Assembly (NCBI GenBank): GCA_003344405.1
Contig: NOWV01000313.1
Coordinates: 1-51,602 of the forward strand
Reading direction: 5' to 3'
Origin: Trichoplax sp. H2
Lineage: Eukaryota
DNA length: 51,602 bases
The notes beneath the pieces are model-generated. The model saw only the letters and a program-made list of their open reading frames with translations. It was not told the DNA's origin and made no database searches. The translations under genes were made by a program, and so were the position numbers. Below are positions 12,501 to 24,500 of this stretch, piece by piece (position 1 is the first letter of the stretch; each line of letters starts with the position of its first letter).

Positions 12501-15500
12501 CTAGTCCATGCTTCGTACACGGCTCTATAACACCGGGTGAGAAGTACTTTATCACAGTGTAATCTCGCCATAGAGAAGTTCGCGACATTTAGCCTGATAG
12601 CTTTATACTATTTAACGTAGATTAAAAAGTGTATAAACCACTACGAATCTGTAGAATTAAGAGTAAGTGTTAATAAGTGTTTCTTAAGCGAATTTTATTG
12701 CCCTGACGCGTAGTTTAGGAGAAGAATTGTAGATTTAATATTTTCGTTATCTTGTCAAAGAGCTGGTTTGTGATATATTTATACGATGTATGATCGTACT
12801 CTAATAAGATATTTTTCGCAGCATACCTGAATTTAACAAATAAATTGATATTAAAGAGGAGATTCTAATTCCATTTAGAATGCGAAAATTTAAGTTCGGT
12901 AAGATTAACTGGAATCATGAGCTGCAGCGAGATGGATTATTTCAAATCAAATGCATCTTTCTCTAGTAATGGTACTAATTTCGGTAATAACTAATATTAT
13001 AAGGAATATTTTAATAGGTTTAGCTGACAGAATTAAATAATTAAATACTTGGTGTTATTCTTTGGGTATTACACTATGATTAATCAAAGATGTAGCTTCG
13101 TATCGGCTTTGCTTAATGAAATAAGTAAATTGAAAGTTTATCAAAATTTAAACGCGTAAAACCAACTAATTATTGCTTGTAAAATAAAACACTAACAAAT
13201 ACGATCATTACCTTATAGTAATATCGTATTATTCGAAATTCTGTACATCTAACGGAAATCAGTTACATTGTGACGGTAATAACCTAGTGAAATTTCCGAT
13301 CATCAGAAATTCCTACTGGAAAACTATGTACGTAAAAGTTTTATAATGTCTATATTTAGTAAAAGCTTGACAATAACTTGATAAGAAATTAAAAGTCTCG
13401 TGATCATATTTCAGAAATTTGAGTAGTAATCATATCAAAGTTATTCCTGAGAACTTTCTATTTGAAACAAGAGGACTTGGATATTTGTAAATATGCCATA
13501 AGTTTAACATATTTAACATTATTATGAATCAAATATGATATCTCTTGTTAACGGCATTTATTAGAGACCTTAGCGATAACAGCCTCCGATCCTTAAATAG
13601 CAGTTTGCTTGACCTCTTACCGAACTTATTCGCATTGTAAGAATCTAAATAATTCCACTAAAATTATTACAATCTTATAGTAGCTGTAAATTATTGATAC
13701 TTGTGGTCAAATGAATAAATTTTTTTGACCATTACATGTGAATTTGATCGAAAATTGTGACGATCACTTCACGTCTAACCCAATCTCATCTAGGAATGTT
13801 AGCCATAATCTTATCTCTGAAATCAACCTTGGTTCTACGAGAAGAAAACAAAACAACATACGAATACTGTAAGATCATAACTGTAAAATTTTTTAAGTTT
13901 TAAATAAAATTGCCACTTATTTTCTCTTTAGCTTTAATTCTAGAAGTTTTCTTCAGATATGATTAAACTTAGAAAATGATGATTTAAGGGAATGAATTAA
14001 TATTAATGTTACTTCATCAACATTGCCTAGAGTAAAGCGGAATTAATACAGTAGCTAAAGTAATTGAACGATTTTACCGCATTTTATTTTTAGAAATTTT
14101 CAGTAATCTTACTGCAACGAACTTGTTGTCATTACTGTAAATAAAGATTTAAAACTTTAAATTTATTTTTTATGCCATCAACCAAATATTCGTAATGTGT
14201 TCTATAAAAGTTAATGGACGTATTTCAGCTCATGAATTTATGCTTATTGTAGAGATTTTTCGATTAACATTATCAATGAAGTTAGTGAATCTACATTTCT
14301 TGGCTTCGCTGCCCTTATACAGCTGTATGTATGAAGTAAAATAATTATTTGATTTTAAAAATTACAGCTTGCTTTACTAACTACTCAATACTGATTGTAG
14401 AAATTTATCGAAGAATAAAATATTACAGATTTCAAATTTTACGTTTAATGTTCTGGAAAAGCTAGAAATATTGTAAGAACTTAAATTTGTAGAAATATCA
14501 CTTTTCTGATATTATTGCTTTCCTCCAATAATTACCATAACGAAGTCAAGTAAAGACGCCGTAATAATCATATTTCATACAAAGAAATTAATTTATTATC
14601 ACACTTTATATTCTTTATAGAGACTTATCAAATAATATTATAACCGACATGCAAGAAAAAGCTTTAAATGGTTTAAAATCCTTGCAGAATTTGTAAATAT
14701 TTATTTAATGGACTTAGATAACCTCATAATGCTGCTTTTTTTTGTGTATGATAATGATTATTGCTGAATCAATTAGAAAATTGACTTATAACAAGATAGT
14801 GGAAATTAAGCCATATGAATTCTTATCTTTAAATCGCTTAAAAATTTTGTAAGTTTTCTGTAATATTTTGTATTATGTTTACCATTGCAATAAGATATGA
14901 ATTATAAGAAACTTACCATTCCTCTTCTATAGGAACTTATCTAATAATATCATTGAAAGCCTATATGATCATTCTTTTGATGGATTAACTCAGCTTATTA
15001 GCATGTTAGGAATGAAATTTTAAAGTTACTCCTATCCAATATATTGTAAAATGCTAATTGAGGAGATATTTCTTCCGTAGAGATTTAAGTTATAATCGGA
15101 TTGCCTACGTATGTTCGGAATGTTTTCATCGATCACCTCGGATTCAAGTTATGTAAGTTTAGATTAGCTTACTAAATTCATAGTAAATTTTCAATACTTT
15201 AAAGGACTACCAATTATTAGTTTTTAATTTCGCTACATAACAATAAGATGTTTTTAATTACACTTTTACAGCAACTTGTATGCTAACAATATAACTGATT
15301 TTCACGTGCATACCTTTACTAATTTAACCGAACTGAAATCGGTGTAAGTATTTTTTGTGGTAATCCTTTCATCGGATATCAGCACTTAAAAATTTGTTTT
15401 CAAATTTAGTAATATTATGCTGCTATTCTTTTTCGATATAATCAATGTCCACTATAAATATCGATTGGTTGGTCATTATAAAAGGCTTATAGCTAGAAAC

Positions 15501-18500
15501 TCTTTAATAAGTATCCACTTTCATCAATTTGAACATTTACAGAAGCTAATAGACTTGTATGATATAGTAATTTACTTGTAGTTTATATAGGTGATATACA
15601 TTTGTCAATGGTATGTAATACAAGTAGATCAAATTATGCAGTCTATCGCATGCCTAAGTGTGCTTATTATATTTATCTAAATATTTTAGATCTCTTTATG
15701 ACAATCATATTACATTTCTGGAGCCAGAAGCCTTTTCTAAACTATCAAATTTAATAAAACTGTAAGCGGAGTCGAACGCATGAGCAAATTTTTAAGTATT
15801 TAACTTTGAATACCGAGTTCTATGACTTTATTTTTATATACGTTCATATATATCATATTACTGACCTTTATTATTTACTTCAAACTAAAAGTAATCTGGC
15901 ATTTAATAGCATCTATAAGATTCAGAAAGAAGTCTTCGGTAACCTAACCTTATTAAAAACGCTGTAAGGTCTATTAATTTAATATTCTATTTATTACAAT
16001 TATCTACTTATTTACACACTGATACGATTGTTTTGCTACAGCATTGACGTTGCTTTATTTAAATCATATTTTTTGGAAAAATTTATCATTCATGCATTAC
16101 ATTATTTGGATAGAATCATGGCCAATAATCGAATACAGAAAATTTATCCAGACGCATTTCAATCGATGCATAATCTTGAAGAATTGTATGAAATGTTATA
16201 TCGCTACAATTATAGCAGTTGACTAAATTCAATTGCGACTGCAAATGATATATATATAATTGACATAATGGGCTTGAAATATTCTTAGCAATGGCTTCAT
16301 ATATCCTATTAGTAATTGCCGCAAATATATTGCTCTAAAAGAATTTTAAGTAGTAATATTATACTATTATAAGTACCTTTGCAACCGTGCATTAATTGTA
16401 TATTAGGCAATATTGATGAGATTTTAAGGTAGAAAATGGTTTAGTTTTTAGTTTTTAGAAGTTTAACTTTTCGAAAATAATTAATAATGTGATTGCATTT
16501 GATTATTTATTTCCCAAAAATTTAATATTGTATTTCTTTGGGAAAATGTTAGGCGCATATCAGGAAATCTATTAGAAAATATAACGAAAGACAATTTGAT
16601 GCACTTGGAAAGATTGAAAATTTTGTAAGATGAACTTAAATTCGTTGAAAATCGTTATGAATTTACTTAGTACGATTTAGCATTCTAACCGTTGTAAATT
16701 TCGGATAGGGACATATCCAGGAATATTTTAAGAAATATTTCCGCATTATCCTTTATTCATTTGACTGAATTGAAATCATTGTAAGGATAATTAAGCTTGC
16801 TAGAACATATATACGATATATTATTTGTAGGGTTGGTTATTTAAAATAGATGCTACGTGCTGGGTATTTTCTATAGACATAAGTGATATGCTTCTACGTT
16901 TAATTCCTTCGCATACAGATATTTGCATCAAAATCAGCTAGAACATATCGAATACACTGCATTCATCGGCTTATCGAAATTAGATAATCTGTAAGTATAA
17001 ATGGACGTAACGTTTAAGCGTAGAACATTATCAATATCCGATATAATGACACTTCTTCTAAAGAATAAGCTCAGTAGAGCAAACTTTTTCTAAGCGCTAA
17101 TAAAATGCACTTTCAGAACTACGAGGACACTATAGCGATAACCAATAGCTTATTTAGCAGTAATCTATCCTTCTTAATATTTCAAAAGCTGTATCAATCC
17201 TGAATTCTATCAATCATATTTTTTAAATTATGACTGTTATACCCGGAATTATAGCAATTTATGCGGAAATATAATCTCAACGATAGATCCTTCAGCATTT
17301 GTAGCATTACATAGCTTGAAATCCTTGTAAGTTGTTACACAAGTGTAAGAAGCAAGACACAATTGAGCCGTTAATGCTAAATTTTTTTATAATTTAATAT
17401 GACAAATTAGTAGCTTTAATTTAAATTATGGTATTGATTAGGTCTATCTGCGGAAACATAATCGCCAAGTTAAAAGCACATCAATTTGTTGGTTTAACGA
17501 AACTACAGACATTGTATGACCTTTACGACATTATTAGTTGTTTACCATTGAATTAAGAAAATCGATACGGAATAATCCCCTTACATAGACCTGTTATTAT
17601 GATAATGATATAACATAGGGATTTCTCAGCTAATCGACTGGCTAGCTTAGACGTAGAATCCTTCAGCAAATTAGAAGACTTGAAATATTTGTGAGTGAAC
17701 TAGAGAATATTAACGCTGTAGGCATAGAGTAAAGTATCTTTGCACCATAGAACATATTTTCTCTCAAAATTTATTCACTTTTATATTTAAATGCTGTTTT
17801 TATTGTTTTAAAGGTATTTGCAAGGAAATCTTTTGACTAGAATGCACGAGAATCAATTTTCATCTTTACTCAATTTAACGGAATTGTATGCGAAAAATTA
17901 GCTACAGTAATTACTGTGTCGAAATCAGTTCTTATTTGCACTTTAAATAACGCATTAAATTTATTTAGGTCATTAGCTCAAAACAAGATCCAAAACATAG
18001 AAGTTGGTGCCTTTAACAGAATGCATTCAATGCTTAAATTGTAATTACACATATATTAAATCTGTTTAGCGTGCAGTTCATTAAATATTTGACCATTTAA
18101 AAAATACTTGACTACAAACATTAACATTATCTGTCAAATCAAATAGAAATTTAACTAGAAATAATATTCAAGAATTGCAAGCTAATACTTTTACAGGGAT
18201 GCAAAATCTAAATAATCTGTGAGTAAACTATTGATTTTGCGAATATCTATTTATCTAGACATACTATAATTGAGCATAACTGTCCTTTCAAAATTCACAC
18301 ATTCACCTAAAGCAAAGCATAAAATAGCTTAAAAATGTCGTTGATAATTATATTTTATAAACGAATACTGTGCAAGTAGAGTAAGCAAAAACTTTCTATT
18401 ATTTGCTAGCGATTCAGGTTAACTTANNNNNNNNNNNNNNNNNNNNAATGATATCTTCTTTAAGTAGCGTAAAGTATTTTAAGGTAGACGATGATAGAAG

Positions 18501-21500
18501 GTATAAAGGATTTTATTGAGATACAAGTTACAGGCTAACAATGATATGGTTGTTATAGATAAGGTATTTGAGATAGCAGGAATGTAGGAACTGACTAACG
18601 AGTTAGCGTACAAGGGTATTTATAGGTTTTAGATGGGATTGAGATAATGTCTTTATATGTATAGCATGTCGTCTATATGTAGTCATGATGTCGTACATTA
18701 TGAATGTAATACAATACAGTACTTAAACGGTATATGATAAGTATTCGTATATTAGGATATTACTATACTAGGCATCTTCTATATAAGATCATAATGTTAC
18801 AGACATACTATAATTGAGCATAACTGTCCTTTCAAAATTCACACATTCACCTAAAGCAAAGCATAAAATAGCTTAAAAATGTCGTTGATAATTATATTTT
18901 ATAAACGAATACTGTGCAAGTAGAGTAAGCAAAAAATTTCTATTATTTGCTAGCGATTCAGGTTAACTTATTTAATATCTCCATATTTTAAATCGAAATG
19001 ATTAGGGATTTGTCTCGAAATCGAATTTTTGCCATCCAAGAAAAATGTTTTCAAGGTTTAGGCAGGCTTCAATTTCTGTAAGATCTTACGTGTAATTACT
19101 AAATATTGTAAAATTAGATTCACGAATTGCAACTAAAATGTTTATCTTCTAAATTTTCTTACATTTTTAATTTTAGCGATCTATCTCGAAATAGATTGAC
19201 AACATTGACTAGATATCAATTTTCGCCTCTAAAATTCTTAAGAAAAATGTAAGATAACCTAGTACTTTAACTATGATGAAACTACAATTGTTAAACTGCA
19301 ACTTCCATTAGATATTTAGTCAATACTTAAATCTAGTAGGTTACGAATAAAGATCTATTTGGCTTCGTTATTTTTTATTATGGCTGTGTTACATTATTTT
19401 GAATTCGAAGTAATATAACGCCATTTGATAATGTGATATAAAGGCGCAAGAAGACATTAAGAATATTAATTTGCCACACCAAAATGCTGAGTTGTATTGT
19501 CCAATTAGGGATCTTTTAGTATCTGATGTTTTCATTTTAATTATGCAAAATATTCTGAATGGAAATTTACTTCCGACCACCGGAAATTACGTGCTTTTAA
19601 TTGATGATCTTAGATGTTTTAGTGAATATAATTTGCTAGTTCGTCAAGTTCAACTGGAATTAAATTTTTGACTTTTATTCTAAACATAGTAATCTCAACG
19701 ATAACAACATAACGAACATAGAAGACTATTTTCTTTACTCCTCATCGCATCTTCTAGAGTTGTAAGAACCTGTAGGATTTACAGCTTGTATCAATAATAT
19801 TCGAGGTTGCATTTGTAGAAGGATCGGTTTTCAGAGTGGCACTTTTTGAAAGTTGATTAGTCATTAATTATTATGTATTGAATATTTTGATCAGTTATTG
19901 GTAAAATTTTGAAAAATAGCATCTTATTCTTAGGAATCTTCAACGAAATCGTATTGGCATTATAAATGAGAAAATGTTATACGGCTTACTAAGTCTTAAG
20001 CAACTGTAAGAGTGCCATTGCATATACTAGATTATTTTTTGGCCATAAAATCTACGTCTTCAAGATCTATAATTAATTATCATTTCCGATTTAGTAATTT
20101 GGCCTTTAATTCACTCAAAAAAATACGGGATTATTTTGTTAGTTTACCGCATTTAACGCACCTGTAAGTAATAATAAGATTTCCTTGAGATATAATATTT
20201 ACTTATTTTTAGAAGAATAGAATTAAATGTAGTTACTATAGATTATAATAAAATTATTATTGCAGTAAATCGCTTAATTGCTTAATATTTAACAGTATTT
20301 GGAAGTGGCATAATAAATTTTCCAAAGACAGTCATTAGAAATGCTTTGTAGTAACCTAAACAATTATTTTATGTACCTAGTGCGATTAGCTGATACAAAT
20401 TTGCCCTTATTCACCGTATATTATAACCTTTAAAAGTACTAGAGTACACTAGAATATATCTTTATGTACGATGAAGATCCATTGCGATCATGTTTTAGGT
20501 CAAATTTGCAAATCTTGAGCAAATCTACTAGCCAATTTCGATGAAATTTGACAAATTTATATTTTCACTTATAAATAAAGTAAATTGTTGATTTACGATC
20601 GTTCTAAAGGCCATTGGCCCTATTCCATTCGGGCTCACGAAAACACTATATCTTAATCAAGTTTCTAATGAATGATAAAATTTAATTATTCTAGCTTGCT
20701 TAAAGGTAATAAAATTAACGAAATTAACTCTAACACGTTTATTGCATTGCAACGGTTGGAAATGATGTAAGTATCATCCAGCGACACCGGATTATAATTA
20801 AATGAATGATTGAATAAAAACTAAAAATGTATTTTTTTCAAAACTGTTCTGTTCTTAAATGATTTCCGTAATAGAAGTCATCTGATCATCAAAATTTGCT
20901 TGTAAATATCTAACTTATTGCAGAGACATTAGTGGAAATGATATGAAAAATATACAAGACGAAATTTTCTTAAATTTGGTTCACCTACTAGAGATGTAAG
21001 ATTAATAACAATAAACATAACTTTTTTAGCATGACAAAACTCATTAGACATTTAATTAGATCCAAATTAACTCCGGATATTTGCTTGTTTAGTCATTTAA
21101 ACTCTTCAGAAATTGTCTCTATTCCAAATAGGGCTTTGAAGCATTTGGCAGCTTTAAAAATACTGTAAGGGCATTGTTATTTTGTTATGAAACTCTAATG
21201 AAGTGTTAATTAGTAACAAACATATGGAGAAATTTTCCTTCTTCATTATTTGTAGTAATCTGACTGAAAATAAAATCAAATATATTGAAGACAATCAGTT
21301 TTATAGGCAAGGAAATCTTAAAAAATTGTAAGTCTTTTCCAGAAATTCTTAGCTTAAATTATCATATCTTAAATATTATCGCATATATCTTATTCACGAT
21401 TACTCTTGAAGTATGCCTTTTCTGTGTTTGGCAATATAGAATTAATTTGGTGGTGTTATAGAAATAGATTGAAATAGCTTGCTTAGTATATCTCAATGTT

Positions 21501-24500
21501 GTTACCTAGATATCTGTCTAAAAATGAAATTGAAACAATCCATGAAGGTTCATTTTCAGGTTTAAGAACCTTAGAAATATTGTAAGTAATAGTTGCATTG
21601 CTGCATCTTCATCATGAATAACTATACATAATGATAAAACAAAAAATCGTTCTAATGGCGAAATAATAAATGATTAATAAGATTAGAAGATCAGAAATCA
21701 GAATTTTATCTAAATTATCCGCCACATTGCATTTCACGTAAAGTAGCTAGAAATATAGCAGTATCATTATTGTCGCATAGTTTATCGCTTAAAAACAAAT
21801 AACAATACTACCTTATATTAGCCATACAGAAGATAAATATACGTTCAAATCTTCTAACATTATGAAATGTGGTATTAGTTATAGACCAGGATATTGCATA
21901 ATTTCGTTTAGTCTTAGCAAACTCTTGAGATATTATCCAGAATATCCTATGTTATATATATTTTTTTACTACATAATTACTACCATATTTCGTATCAATA
22001 ATATTTATTCATATTGATCAGCTTAGTCCAATAGCTAACCGTTTCAGATTTTTCTTTGCATTTATATCCATTATATTGCACTCTTTATCATATTATAGCG
22101 GATTTTTTTAAATCATTTTATGGTACCGATTAAGCTTTATGAGAATTGTCGTTAGGTGTAACATACAAACACATCATTAAATACTTAGGGATTTAAGCAG
22201 CAATAAATTACGTTCCCTGGCTTTCGGATTCGCAAAGGATTTAGTTAAACTTACTAAACTGTGAGATAAACTTCTTATGCTTTACTTTTACAGTAAAGAT
22301 TAACAACTATGCCATCTTAAATTATTTTAAGCTAATTCTAATGATTTAATTATCTAAGAGACCTCAGCCGTAATAAGATGATAGAAATAGGGAATCATTA
22401 TTTTGATGATCTTCGAACTGTAAGAACTCTGTAAGTATCTAAGTTTAGCTATTATTAGCTAATAAGATATATGTTATATTTTACTCATGAAAATGTTATC
22501 ATAGTTATATCAAGTAAATTGAAAATTGATATTTTAACCCAGTTTTATCCATTTAATAGAAATTTAGCCCAAAATTACTTGGCAACATTAAAGGGTTGTC
22601 GCTTTAAGAACTTGACATCTCTTAAAATCTTGTATGTATAAAATCACGATAACCATCTGTAATGAAGTCTTCTTTCTTAATAATATTTCAAATAACAATT
22701 GTTATTTTAAACTGAGTAATAATAGTAGTACAACAAATCACAGATCTTAAAATTTAGGATTTAGTTGAGAGGGATAGCGAATCTACTTATATAGCGTTAG
22801 AGGTTAATCAATAACAAAAACAAAATCAATACGACGGTTCGTAGTATTGTCAACGGAATTCAGTATGGAATTAATCTAATAACTTATAGTAACCATAATT
22901 AGCATTACAATACCATTCTTATATCATAATATATCTATATACAAGTAATCATGACACATTTTGTGTTGTTAAGACATATCAGGTATAACATCTAAGTAAG
23001 GCTATTCGCTATATCTTCGTATATGGATGCAACATCAGCACTCCATGTAAATACTATATCTTACAGTTGTGGCTAGATACGACACATTATAAACGTAAAA
23101 ACTAATCATGATTTTATTTTAATAATGCAAATATTGTTTCAATTTAATCTTTAGTTTTATAATCGATCTCTTTTCTCATATTTCATTTTTATCTCTTGAT
23201 CCTTTCTTTGTTTCTTTTCTATAAAACCAGAGACATTAGTCATAATAACATTAGCGATGTCCAAGTTGACGCTTTTCAAGGCTTAGAGATACTAGAAGAG
23301 CTGTAAGTAATGCAATTGCTTAAAATTTACAAAGTAGAAAGTTAATAATGCGTGAATTCATCTATTTTAAACACGGTTGGACGATAGTGCGTTGCGCAAA
23401 TGATTTTCTTGCTTGCTCTTACTTATCTAAAAAGTATATTCAAAGACATGCTACAATTTATATAATTCTCACAGCTCGAGATACAGCAGGATTTAGTAAT
23501 AATACTGCAATAGACATTGTTCAATAAAATAAGTCATGCAGTCGAAAAATAAAAAATTAGAACTATTCATAGTCGATACTTCATTTAAGAAAGACTCCAT
23601 TTAAATAGAAATTTTCTACATGCAGATAAGTTACTATCGTTATCGTCATTTCTAATTCAATGTTCATAATACTAATAGATGTGTAAACCGGCTGTCTTAC
23701 ATTATCTTACATATGAAATCTCAGCTTTGAAATAAAGCTTCTTAGTTATAGCATTGGATACATATTCATATTAATAAAATGAAAAATTTCGAATGGCGAC
23801 TTTTCCTAGATTTAGCATTAATAACTTATGTCGCTCTCGTACACATAAAATTTCTAAACACATTGATGCCTTATAGCAGCACTTTTATTTAAAAATGAGT
23901 TTCAATTTCAAATTATAAGATTCACGATTTGCTGGTACAGTTCATAATGTTTATTAAGACAGTCAATTATTTTTAATCTATGATACCCTTTCTTCCAATA
24001 AAGTAACTTAGTGGGCAACAATATGCACCACATACAATGTGCCGTGGTAGAGCCGTTGATTGACTTATTTATCATGTGAGTTTATGGTAATCGATGTGCG
24101 ATTACGAGTGTAATTTGACTCATTTATATTCAGAAATGTATTGCTAGGAGAGCAAGTGATCATTATCCTAAATAACATTGATCGATTTTTAATTAGGAAT
24201 CTAGGCAATAGCAACTTAGGTCGAAATGCCACTAATTGCATGGAGAAATTGCCACTTCTTAAGACATTGTAAATGAGCATTGATGAATGAACAGACTTTA
24301 ATTATGAGGATATGTTTCGTTTATATTTCAAGAACATGAGACATTTTATTCCTCTGTCTTAATATAATTTAAACTGCTAGCTTTCTATTAATGTTCTAAA
24401 TTTTTATTTTCTTTAAGAGATATAAGTTACAATAGCCTGGATATTGCAGGCGACCTGCAATCTAATCATATAAGATTACCACCTTTATCCACGCTGAAAA

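Noticed and set aside
16028..16226. Two short ORFs
   Set aside because: One is LRR exon 16114-16185 plus intron read-through; the other is an off-frame overlap.
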